The position numbers were made by a program, and so were the translations under genes. The notes below the pieces were generated by a model. It ran no database searches. It was not told where the DNA came from and saw only the letters and a program-made list of their open reading frames with translations. From contig JBGPIA010000002.1 of assembly GCA_041484665.1 (NCBI GenBank), positions 728,287 through 792,286 of the forward strand: a stretch of DNA of 64,000 nt. Direction: 5' to 3'. This stretch comes from Candidatus Krumholzibacteriia bacterium (GTDB lineage: Bacteria; Krumholzibacteriota; Krumholzibacteriia; JAJRXK01). Shown piece after piece: positions 49,601 to 57,840 of the stretch. Each line of letters begins with the position of its first letter. The first letter of the stretch is position 1.

Positions 49601-50894
49601 CACCGCCCACCTCGTCGGTCGCTCGATTCTCGACGAACCGACAACCACGAACCGTGGGGCTCCCCTGATCGTTGAAGAGTCCATGCCGGAAACCGCCGGT
49701 GATCGTGAACCCATCCAGCACAGCCGTCGCGTCCGCTCCGCTGCCCGTGACGACGGAGTTGCTGTTTTCGCCGTTGTTCACGAAGGTGGGCGCGTCGTTC
49801 CCGTTGAGATCCCCGCTGAGGATCGTGCGATAGAGGCGGGGGTTGCGTTGGTCTCTCTGCGTCTCGGTCCCGTAGAATCCTCCATACAGGCCGACGTTGC
49901 GGCGTACTGCGAATGTAGCGTTGCGATCCCCGTTGGCAGGCGCCGGCCGATAGGTGCCTTCTGCGACCCAGATCTCCTTGGGATCGCATGGGAAAAGGGC
50001 CGGATCGAGGGCGCTGCTGAGTGTGGTGAAGGCGTTGGTCCAACTGGTCCCGTTGTTGGCGCCGGTGGCATCTCTGTCGACGTAATAACGGAGGGCGGCC
50101 GTTCTAGGAATGAGCGCGACTTGGTCGAAGTAGATTCCAGCACCGTCACTTACGCCAGGATAGCTACCGTTGATGTCGCCATACACATTGATCTTAACAG
50201 CCTCAACGGAATAGCGTGATGGGAGAGTGCCGCAGTAGGAGGATTCGGTGAGCCAATTGAATTCCGTACGCTGCCACTGACCATTGGTTTCGAGCAACGG
50301 AGTTCCGTGGCAGAGGAATAGGGGCGTGTCGGTATCGAGGTTGATGAGCTTTACGACGAACTCAAGGATGACTCCCTGACAGTTGCCTACGCAATCTTGC
50401 GGAAAGAAGCTTTGGTTGATCCACACTGATACGCCAGCGGCACACTGCCATTCTGGGGAGGTCGTAAGGTCTGGGGATTGTACACCCGCTTGCCAGCGCG
50501 TGGCATTGGGTGGAGGATTGGCGATCCCAAGCTGCCCGGATGGGGTGTGGAATAGGAGGCAGCCGGCTCCGTCGAGTGGGTCCGCACCTAGGTCACCGGG
50601 GAAGTTGGTACGGTCCTCCCAGCGACGGGTGAAGTCACTATTGAAGGCGCCTGGGAGTTGGGTGGAGCCGGCCCAGAGGAATGTCCCCTGGAACGTCCAG
50701 CCCTGAACTGTCCCCGAGTCGAAGTCGAAGACGCTTGGCTGGGCGAAGGCAGGATCAGCGAGGGCCACGAGGAGAAGCGCGACGAGGAGCGCCACGGAGA
50801 TGGCGGGAGGCGGTGTGGGGCTCGAGGGGCGGGCGCAGAGGGAGCTGGCTGGGGACCGAAGCGGAGGGAGTTGCGCTCTGATGATCGAGTTCAC
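46650..50894 (-). CDS. Large secreted mosaic adhesin-like protein: beta-helix, Ca-binding DCNGNG repeats, FG-GAP/CRTAC1 propeller, ASPIC-UnbV and CTD
   Basis: 'GGG(M/I)YN' beta-helix repeats, 'DLDGNPR...DMGAYE', seven 'WGDYDNDG.LDLYV'-type repeats, 'NRSGIGARI...EFGLG...VRWPSG', 'PNPFNPST'. GTG 50894 has SD AAGGAG. Confidence 0.9.
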   Translation of the reverse strand: MNSIIRAQLPPLRSPASSLCARPSSPTPPPAISVALLVALLLVALADPAFAQPSVFDFDSGTVQGWTFQGTFLWAGSTQLPGAFNSDFTRRWEDRTNFPGDLGADPLDGAGCLLFHTPSGQLGIANPPPNATRWQAGVQSPDLTTSPEWQCAAGVSVWINQSFFPQDCVGNCQGVILEFVVKLINLDTDTPLFLCHGTPLLETNGQWQRTEFNWLTESSYCGTLPSRYSVEAVKINVYGDINGSYPGVSDGAGIYFDQVALIPRTAALRYYVDRDATGANNGTSWTNAFTTLSSALDPALFPCDPKEIWVAEGTYRPAPANGDRNATFAVRRNVGLYGGFYGTETQRDQRNPRLYRTILSGDLNGNDAPTFVNNGENSNSVVTGSGADATAVLDGFTITGGFRHGLFNDQGSPTVRGCRFVENRATDEVGGGMYNDNGSSPRVISCEFVGNVGGFGGGGIYNRNGSDPVIANCSFTGNRAGGAGGALYNDVGTTPHLINCTFSENVASAIAGGIYHAGGSVGLANCILWNNRVGASVNFATQIDGPQAANVRLLHSCIRGLSLPYNGDGSIGTDPGFIDADGADNGPGTVDDNLRLWAASPCIDAGDGAELFGSSDLDGNPRRMDDPATADTGAGTPPIVDMGAYESYVDCEPNGVADILESDCNGDGLPDPCVLSADIGACRYPTALSGNSTGVNSATFLGAPDDLYAGIGNGSVTYQFDCALIVDGPGPDFNVYEVDFGTAEFLLVDALVSANGVDFVRVTPTAGPVVDIAGDEAHSNPAFARSYDLNVSGLTTVRFLRLVGLAAGAPGGNSGFDLDAVGIINGGADCNGNGRLDSCDIASGAASDTNGNGVPDSCEPFQNVAGVSGTSDSGAGTGVAWGDYDGDGKLDLYLTKSGGQANRLFRNNGNDTFTDVAAAAGVNVAQSSRGVAFGDYDNDSHLDMYVTSTTSQPALLYHNQGSGAFTDVAAAAGVVNDGTARTGPWGDYDNDGDLDIYVAKSGANFLFRNDGAGFTEVAGPAGVADTGDSRGAEWADYDNDGDQDIFVGNVDFDKLFRNRGDGTFEDVTAVAGVAGVSGTGSTRGVAWGDYDNDGFLDLYVANISGVASTLYHNNGGGTFQDVTSTAGVGATGDAQCPAWADYDNDGHLDLYVAVSGGSNKLFRNQGNGTFADVSAESGTDDAADGFGAAWGDYNGDGFVDLYVSGEASKLFKNGAVSSNHWIHIDLVGVRSNRSGIGARIRVVAGGLSQIREISGGSGLQSQNSLTAEFGLGAATTVDLVEVRWPSGIVNSYTQGAIVDRRLTVGESLGGATNVDVLPTLPLAFALYPAVPNPFNPSTTLRFDLPEPSRVYLRVYDVSGRLVKTLQDGASLEGGVHRVVWSGDDDRRTPVAAGVYFYRLEAGTFLQTRQMVLLK

Positions 50895-51539
50895 GGTGAG
50901 CTCCTTCGGGTGTCGAATGCCGTGAGTGTCTGCCGTCGTACCCTGGTTAGCGCGGGACTTAGTGACCCGCTTTCGTGGGATCCACCCGCCAGGCAGTGGT
51001 CGACAGGGTTGGCGAGGCGCTGGGAACGAGGATGGACGGGCCGACGGAGGTGGTGGCAGCGGGGGCGGCCGCTGATCCGTAGGCGCCTTCCGCGGCACGG
51101 ACAGATGCTCCCATAGCCTCCATCGAATTACAATACTGGCACATCACCATTCCATCGCCCCTGAGGCTTCAACACGCTTCCCGGACCCTGTTTGCTCCAA
51201 GACGCGCAATCGCGCCAGGACTGCTGACAGACCATTCCGGGGGACCCGTGGCTGACCGTGCTGATGCGCCTGTGGCCACCGCCGCGTCGCGAAAGCGTCG
51301 GAGCGGAGTTTGTGCGCGCCCTCCTTCACGGATTCCGGGCGCGCTCGATTTTCTCGCTGTTTCGCGGGAGTACGACGTCGGCCTATGTGTGTCGTTTGGC
51401 CCTCGGCGCTCGCTAAGCGATTGACGTAGATGTATTAGCTATCCGACTATGATGCTATGGACCGTTGCTCGAAGGCGTCAGCGCGCCCTGCATGGCGACT
51501 GGCGCTCTTCGCCCAGTCGCAGGGCGAGCGCGCCGGCTG

Positions 51540-51851
51540 CCAGAGCTGACAGTGACCCAGATTCAGCAGCCGCCATCCTGGGAGCGCGCGATGCAGACGC
51601 CCGCGTCTCCGCCGGCGTAGATCAGCTCGGCCGCCACGTAGATACTCCCGTTCTCCGCAATGTCCATGGAGTAACCGGTATAGACGAGGGATCCGCTGCC
51701 CACCCCGATCTGGGTCGTTGGGATGGACCACGTGACCTACTTGGTCGTCCCCACCGATGTCATCCGACGGAGGGGGTGTGCGTGCTGCTGCTGAGTTCGC
51801 CGCGGCCAGGACGAGGCAAGCGGTTGCCGCAATGCGGAACGGGGACTCCAT
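51540..51851 (-). pseudogene. Decayed secreted BNR/Asp-box protein
   Basis: Signal peptide MESPFRIAATACLVLAAANSAAA. After a frame change it reads 'YSMDIAENGSIYVAA...IARSQDGGC*IW' (Asp-box) with in-frame stops. Confidence 0.5.
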
Positions 51852-52087
51852 GGCAGGACCTCCGATCGTTGGTCCATCGCTGGCAGGGTTGCCTGCGTGC
51901 CGGGCCGCGCCCGGGGGCCTGAGTACGCAGGGAAGCCGCCGCGGGAACCTTCGCTCCGCCGATTGGCTTATTCCCGTGGCAGCGCTATCGTGGAGGCCCG
52001 TGCGGCGCCCGCCGCGGCGGTCGCAGCGCCGTCCTCTACAGCCGCGGGCCTCGCGCGGGTGGAATCCCCAGGCAGGAAGGAAGAGCG

Positions 52088-52990
52088 ATGACTGAATCTC
52101 GTGGGACTGCGCTCTCGGCGCGGCGTTCCGCCCACGGTGCCCGCCTGGCGGGTCCGTTCGCCACAGCCCTGCTGGGCCTGCTCGTGGCCGGTGCGGCGGG
52201 CCGCGCCGACGCTACCGGGACGCTCGGCGAGGCGGCGGCCGATTTCATACTGACCGACACGAACGGCCAGCTTCGCTCGCTCAGCTCGTATCGCGGCAAC
52301 GTGGTGGTGCTGTTCCTGTTGGGCTATGGCTGACCAACCTGCCGTGCCTCGGGACCCGGTACGGAGTCCTTCTCCCAATCGTACGCTGGCCAACCTTTCC
52401 AGATGCTGGGCTTGGACTGCTGGAACGGCACTCTACCCCAGGCGCAGAGCTTCGTGAGCGCTACCGGCGTGACCTACCCGGTACTGCAACGCGCCTCGCT
52501 GGCACCGCCCGACGGCGGCAATGTCTACGTGACGTACAACACGGGCTACGAGGCGTTCTTCGTGGTCGACGGCAACGGCATCATCCGCTACCGCAAGACT
52601 ACCGGAACGGTGCCCCGCTGGGACCCGGTCGGGGTGGGCCAGGCCGTTGATGCTGCGCTGTATGCTCTGCGCACCTCGGTGGAAGCGCGCCCAGCGGAGC
52701 GGCGGTCCACGCTGCAGTCGCCCTTTCCCAATCCGTTCAACCCTACGACCACGATCCCCTACGAGCTGCACGGCGACGGGCAAACCGTTGTGGTCTCGCT
52801 GCGCATCCTGGATTTGCAGGGGCGCCTGGTGCGCAGCCTCGTCGACTGGGCTCAGACGTCGGGTCAGCGGTATGAAGCCCACTGGGATGGCCGGGACGCC
52901 GCCGGCCAATCTGTGGCCAGCGGCGCCTACATCGCCGAGCTGACGGTCGACGGCGATTCGCAGGGGCGCTTCCTCTCCTTGATCAAGTAG
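52088..52990 (+). CDS. Putative secreted selenoprotein: AhpC/TSA-TlpA thioredoxin fold with UxxC site (TGA 52331-52333 = Sec82) and CTD
   Basis: ORFs 52088..52333 and 52403..52990 share a frame and are separated by a single TGA: 'AADFILTDTNGQLRSLSSYRGNVVVLFLLGYG-U-PTC...GVTYPVL...FFVVDGNGIIRY' then 'PFPNPFNPTT...WDGRD...ASGAY'. Confidence 0.85.
52342..52364 (+). promoter_or_regulatory. Candidate bacterial SECIS hairpin
   Basis: CCGTGCC-tcgggaccc-GGTACGG: 7-bp stem (one G-U) with a G-rich loop, 8 nt after the in-frame TGA. Confidence 0.6.
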
Positions 52991-53073
52991 GTCTCCGCTG
53001 CGGCGCGGGAAGGCGGTGCAGGAGGTGCCGCCGCAGCCTGGCCGACGCCGCCTGCGTGGGGTGGAGGATCACG

Positions 53074-53808
53074 ATGGAAATGCGAGCTGCAGCACCGCGG
53101 AGCATCTGGTCGCGCCCGCGGACGGCCCTGCCGAGGATGGTGTTCTTGTTCGCCGCGGTGGCGAGCGCGAGCGGTCTCGCCGCCGGCGAGGTACCGCGCG
53201 CCCAGGACTCCGTGCCTTCCGCCGTCGCACCCGCGTCGCTCTTGGGAGATCACGGCAGAGCCCCGCAGTTCCAGGCCGAGCGCTACGACGGCGGCCGGGT
53301 CGCTCTGAGGGAGCTGCTGCAGAAAGGCCCGGTCATCGTCGATTTCTGGGCTACCTGGTGCGTGCCCTGCAAGCGAGCGCTGCCGCACTACCAGGCGCTG
53401 CAGCAGCGCTATGCGGAGCGCGGAGTCGCCGTACTGCTCATCAGCCTGGACGACCCGCGCAGCCAGCCCAAGATCGGCCCCTACGTGAAGTCGCAGAAGC
53501 TCACTCTCCCCGTGTTGCTCGATGCGCAGAAGCAGGTTTCGCGGTTGTTCCAGGTGAGCGATATCCCGTCGACCTTCCTGATCTCGCCCACCGGGCGGAT
53601 CGTCGCCGTACATGTGGGTTACAACGACGGCGACGAAGCGCTGCTGGAGCGAGAGCTACGCGAACTACTCGGGCTTCCCCCGCTTCCCGAACAGGCGACG
53701 CCGGTTGCGCCCGCGCCCGGTGGATCCGCGCCGGGGGGATCCGCACGGGGCCGGTCCGCGCCGGGCGCGGCCACACCCGAGAGGGCAAAGGACGGGTCCG
53801 GCTGGTGA
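53074..53808 (+). CDS. TlpA/ResA-family thiol-disulfide oxidoreductase
   Basis: Signal peptide, 'VIVDFWATWCVPCK', 'LISLDD', 'IPSTFLI...G.I...HVGY'. ATG 53074 has SD GGAGG. Confidence 0.92.
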   Translation: MEMRAAAPRSIWSRPRTALPRMVFLFAAVASASGLAAGEVPRAQDSVPSAVAPASLLGDHGRAPQFQAERYDGGRVALRELLQKGPVIVDFWATWCVPCKRALPHYQALQQRYAERGVAVLLISLDDPRSQPKIGPYVKSQKLTLPVLLDAQKQVSRLFQVSDIPSTFLISPTGRIVAVHVGYNDGDEALLERELRELLGLPPLPEQATPVAPAPGGSAPGGSARGRSAPGAATPERAKDGSGW

Positions 53809-55463
53809 GACGGCGCACCGCGTCGGGGCCACGCCGTGCGGCCCTCGTCTTCGGGCTGCTGATGCTGCCTCCCGCCGCAGGCGCAAGCCCGCTCGACGAT
53901 CAGGGCGCGGTGCAGGGCACGAACCTGCTCCTCTACGAGTTTGGACGGGATCCCACCCAGGAAGCGCAGGATCGCACCAAGCTCTTCGACCAGCTCCGGG
54001 TCGACTACCTGCGCGGCGATTTCCGCCTGGGGTTGCGCGTGGAGAGCTTCCGCGACTCGGTGGAGCCCCACGGCTCGGGCAGTCCGGACTATAGCGAGCT
54101 CACGCAGAGATACGTGGAGTGGGCAGACAGCGGCGCCCGCCTGCGCGTGGGCAACGGGTACGCGATCCTGGGCCGCGGGCTGCTCTTTCGCGCGTTCGAG
54201 CTGCCAGGCGTGGTGCGCGCGGCCGCGTACCCGCCGGCCTACTACGGCGAGAGCCGCGACCTGGATGGCGTCGTGCTCGAGGTGCAGCGGGGTCCGCTGG
54301 CGCTCACCGGCGTCAGCGGCCGCCCGGTCATCAGTCCACAGTACCCCCACGGCACCGGCGGCACGCCGTTCGACCGCCGCGGTGGCACGCTGTCCGGTAC
54401 GCACGTCGCGCTCTCGGCCGGTCGCGCGCTCACGGCGGGGGGCGCGTACGTGCGCGCCGACGACATCCTCGACAGCGGTGTGGACGACGGTGTGGGCAGC
54501 GGGACCGAGGACCAGGGCGCTCTCGATCTTCTGCTGCGCCTGCAACACGTGCTGCACCCTCTCGCGCGCGCGGGGATCGGCCTGGAGCTCTACGGCGAGT
54601 ACGCTGGACGCGGCTGGCGCCCGCTCCACGATGGCTTCGCCACCGACGACGGAGCGCGGCACGCGCTCTACACCGCGAGCCAACTCACGTGGGCGAGTGG
54701 CGGGCTGAGCTTCGAGACGAAGCGCTATCACCAGTTCGCGCTGGGCGTGAACGATCCACCCGCCGTCGTCCCCGAGCTCGGTGAGCTGCTGCTGAATCGC
54801 TCCACGCACGTGCTGCTGCCCGGCGACGAGCGTGGGCTGCAACTGGCGCTCCAGCAGGGTCTGCCCAAGGAATGGAGTCTGGAGGCCGACTGGGCCAGGG
54901 CCCGCAACCGCCCGGAGATCCAGCCCGGTGTCTTCGACGACGCGCGGGCCAAGCGCTACCAGCTCGTGTACGTAGCCGCCGAGAGCTCGCCCATGCGCCC
55001 GTTGCGCGGTCGCCTGTTCGCTGGTTTCGGCCAGGACGAGGCCGCGTCGGTCGACGCCCAGCGGACGTTCGGCGTGCGCGCCGAGTACGCGTGGAAGGCC
55101 CAGCTGGGCGCGGAGCTCTCGCTGCAGCACCAGCGCGTCGAGCGCGCGGGGGCAGGCGGCACGACCGAGCACTTCGACAATTTCGCCGTGCTCGCTGCGC
55201 TCTCGAAGGCGGGCGTCTTGCGCGTAGCGGCGCTGCTCGAGGCCTCCAACGACCTCGGCGAGACCGACGATCCGTTCACCACCGCTGTCGAGCGCGACCC
55301 GGTGCACTGGCTGAGCCTGGTGGCGAGCCGGGACATCGGCGCCAACCATCAGGCGACGCTCACGGTCGGTAAGCGGCGCGGCGGGCTCGCCTGCACCTCG
55401 GGAACGTGCTACGTGGTGCCCGGCTTCGACGGCGCGGAGCTGCGAGTGGTCAGCCGGTTCTGA
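53805..55463 (+). CDS. Outer-membrane beta-barrel protein, DUF6029-like, with C-terminal CxxGxC
   Basis: GTG overlaps the TlpA stop (GTGA). Signal peptide, 'VGNGYAILGRGLLFRAFE', amphipathic strands, terminal 'RRGGLACTSGTCYVVPGFDGAELRVVSRF'. Confidence 0.8.
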   Translation: MRRRTASGPRRAALVFGLLMLPPAAGASPLDDQGAVQGTNLLLYEFGRDPTQEAQDRTKLFDQLRVDYLRGDFRLGLRVESFRDSVEPHGSGSPDYSELTQRYVEWADSGARLRVGNGYAILGRGLLFRAFELPGVVRAAAYPPAYYGESRDLDGVVLEVQRGPLALTGVSGRPVISPQYPHGTGGTPFDRRGGTLSGTHVALSAGRALTAGGAYVRADDILDSGVDDGVGSGTEDQGALDLLLRLQHVLHPLARAGIGLELYGEYAGRGWRPLHDGFATDDGARHALYTASQLTWASGGLSFETKRYHQFALGVNDPPAVVPELGELLLNRSTHVLLPGDERGLQLALQQGLPKEWSLEADWARARNRPEIQPGVFDDARAKRYQLVYVAAESSPMRPLRGRLFAGFGQDEAASVDAQRTFGVRAEYAWKAQLGAELSLQHQRVERAGAGGTTEHFDNFAVLAALSKAGVLRVAALLEASNDLGETDDPFTTAVERDPVHWLSLVASRDIGANHQATLTVGKRRGGLACTSGTCYVVPGFDGAELRVVSRF

Positions 55464-55812
55464 GCCACGCCGGCGAGGCGGCGTTCCCTGGGGTGGATGC
55501 CGTGGCTGGGCGGTGGCGTCATCGGCGCGCTGGCGACGGCCGCGATGCTGCTGTGGATGGCGCCGCCGCAATCGCCGCTCCCACCAGCGCGGCCGCTGCG
55601 GGTAGCCGTGTGGGGACGGCGGGCGACCGTGCTGGCGAGCATCGAGCTGCAGGCGCGCACGGCTGTGGCGGGCACGGCGTTTGTGCTACTGCGCACGCCG
55701 GACCCGCTGCCCAGCGGTGCCTCTCGCGTGGTGGTCCGCACCGCGGACAACAGCGCGGGACCAGCCGACTCGACCGAGTGCTTGTTCGACCTCCCGGTGG
55801 CGCCCTGCCCCC

Positions 55813-57153
55813 CTATTCTAAGAGCAGCAGCTTGCCCTGCTCGGTCCGACTTCCCATGCGCAGCAAGTAGAAGAAGACGCCGCTGTGGGCGCCTCGCTTC
55901 TGGAGCGCCTCGCGGCTGATGGGAATGCGGTGCGCTCCCGCGGTCAGCAGACCCAGGTCGAGCGTCAGGACGCGTCGCCCCGCCGCATCGAACACCGACA
56001 GCTCAACGGGTGCGTCGGTGGCCAGGGCGAACTCCACCGACGTGGCCGCAGCCAGCGGGTTGGGGAATACCCGCGCCGGCCGCGAGGTGGGAGCGGCGGG
56101 CGCCGCAGTCGGGCCAACGGCGATGTCGACCGGATTCGTCGTCTCGGCCTGCTCCACGAACACGCCGTCCTCGAGCACGCGCATCAGGATCTTGGCCTGC
56201 GTGTAGCTGCGCGCGAACGAGTGAGTGTAGCTGCCGTCCACCCAATCGGCATCCGTCAGGTTCGCGAACGCTTCGTACGGACCGCCATTCTCGTTGATGG
56301 ACAGCTCGTAGGTGACGACCACCGCCGGGCCGGCCTCTGGGGCGACCGATGCTGCGCAGCCGGCGGTACAGGGGCAGTTCTCCAGCAGGAACCGGTTGTC
56401 GGCGATCGATGTCACCACCCGGATGCCGCGCCGGCGTGCGCAGTCGCCCTCTGGGCTGCCGTACAAGCAAGCTAGCCCGCTGAGGGCCGAGGAGTCGAGC
56501 GTGTAGGGCACCCCGCACGGCCGGCCGTCGGTCATCAGCAAGGTATTGGGGCAACCCGAGAGATGGCCCATACCGAGCGCATGCCCCATCTCGTGGCGAG
56601 CGGTGGTCGCGCGGTCGGCCGCAGTCCAGGTCTGGTTCGAGTTGAGCCTGAGGAAAGCCTTGAGCATCGGCGAGATGATCGCCCCGGGCGCTCGCGGTGC
56701 AGCCCAGATAATGGTGTTGCCCGCCCGCGTGGTGCACCCGTCGGGTCCCAGCGGCGCCATCTTGACCACGATCCCGCGTGGAGGAAAGTCCCCCGATTCC
56801 ACCCCGTCGCACTGCCCGCACGCCCCCGCATCGACCAAATTGTACCCGATGCCGAGGTTCTCGAGGTTCCACTCGGTCATGGCGTTCTTCACGGCGACGT
56901 AGTTCGGGTTCAGTATCGAGTGCGGCACACTCGAATGGAAGTAGACGGGCACGTCGACGCTACCTCCGACGGGGCACCACTTGCCTACCGGAGTTGGGAT
57001 GCAAACGCCCTGGGCCGATGCCTCCGCGGGAAAAGTCGCCAGGGCAACCAGCCACCCCAACATCAGTAGCTCCGGGCCAAGTCGGCGCGCGCGGTGCTGG
57101 GACGCGCCGGGAGTGGACGGGACAGAACGCGGCCGCGGGGATGCAGATTCCAT
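55813..57153 (-). CDS. Secreted metzincin (matrixin-like) zinc metalloprotease with CTD
   Basis: HEMGHALGMGH zinc motif, Met-turn 'LLMT', Cys-rich, CTD 'FPNP...SGVFFYLL'. ATG 57153 has SD GGAGG. Confidence 0.88.
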   Translation of the reverse strand: MESASPRPRSVPSTPGASQHRARRLGPELLMLGWLVALATFPAEASAQGVCIPTPVGKWCPVGGSVDVPVYFHSSVPHSILNPNYVAVKNAMTEWNLENLGIGYNLVDAGACGQCDGVESGDFPPRGIVVKMAPLGPDGCTTRAGNTIIWAAPRAPGAIISPMLKAFLRLNSNQTWTAADRATTARHEMGHALGMGHLSGCPNTLLMTDGRPCGVPYTLDSSALSGLACLYGSPEGDCARRRGIRVVTSIADNRFLLENCPCTAGCAASVAPEAGPAVVVTYELSINENGGPYEAFANLTDADWVDGSYTHSFARSYTQAKILMRVLEDGVFVEQAETTNPVDIAVGPTAAPAAPTSRPARVFPNPLAAATSVEFALATDAPVELSVFDAAGRRVLTLDLGLLTAGAHRIPISREALQKRGAHSGVFFYLLRMGSRTEQGKLLLLE

Positions 57154-57326
57154 GGGGCGCCTCCAGATGCGTTGGAAATCGGCCGGCCATGGCAGCACGG
57201 CCGGCGTGGAACCGGCTCCCATTGTCGGGTCGCCGACCCCGCAGGGTCAAGGCGCTCGCAGCAGCACCGAAACTGGTAGGGCAGGGAACAAGGACTGATC
57301 TTCAACCTCTAGCGAACATCCAGAAG

Positions 57327-57785
57327 TTACCCTGGGGCAGCACCAGTAAGGCACGCCTCGCCGCTCGCCGCTTGATCCCCGAGGACGACGCCGTGTATGC
57401 GATTCGGGCCCCGGAGGGGTCGCGCGGCACCGGATGGACTGAGGGGACGCACCAGGATCGCCCAGGAGCCCGTCTGGCGAGGCCCCGGTCCTCCCCTGCC
57501 GTTGATGGAAAACACCCCCCCCCCCGGGGGGGGGTGTTTTAAGCACAGCGGGCCCGGACACGTCAGCACCCATCCCGTCTGCCCCTTGAAGCTGTACGAA
57601 CCGCCGTAGTCCACGATTGGGGCGAACGCTACGATGTCGCCCGTCGTCGAGTGATTTACGACGCCTGCGTTGGCGACCCCCTGCATGAGAGGTGACTGGG
57701 TGGGTGCGTGCGGTGTCGCGGGAGCAAGCGCCGCAACAACGGCGACCACGATTCCCAGCACCAGAATTCGGTCTCGCGTTCGCAT
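57327..57785 (-). CDS. Small secreted hypothetical protein; 3' half unreliable (homopolymer palindrome, possible frameshifts)
   Basis: ATG 57785 has SD GAGGGAA and signal peptide MRTRDRILVLGIVVAVVAALAPA. The ORF crosses the C11G9 tract. Confidence 0.5.
   Translation of the reverse strand: MRTRDRILVLGIVVAVVAALAPATPHAPTQSPLMQGVANAGVVNHSTTGDIVAFAPIVDYGGSYSFKGQTGWVLTCPGPLCLKHPPPGGGVFSINGRGGPGPRQTGSWAILVRPLSPSGAARPLRGPNRIHGVVLGDQAASGEACLTGAAPG
57509..57540. repeat. Homopolymer quasi-palindrome AAAACA-C11-G9-TGTTTT
   Basis: Read directly from the sequence. Confidence 0.9.
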
Positions 57786-57840
57786 GATTGGACTTCCCTC
57801 TCTCTGGCGCCGAAACAGGTCCAAGGTCGAGTCGCGGTCG

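Noticed and set aside
51100..51460. AT-richer intergenic patch (gctaagcgattgacgtagatgtattagc) suggestive of an att site, promoter or ncRNA
   Set aside because: TTGACG/TATGAT spacing is 21 nt, and I found no partner repeat or convincing structure.
52403..52990. Stand-alone 195-aa ORF (and 52088..52333 as a separate 81-aa ORF or pseudogene)
   Set aside because: Better explained as one gene read through a Sec UGA, since each half alone is an incomplete thioredoxin fold.
55497..55919. 140-aa ORF with a hydrophobic N-terminus
   Set aside because: No recognisable motif, weak SD, and about 100-nt overlap with the convergent protease gene. It may be a remnant but cannot be supported.
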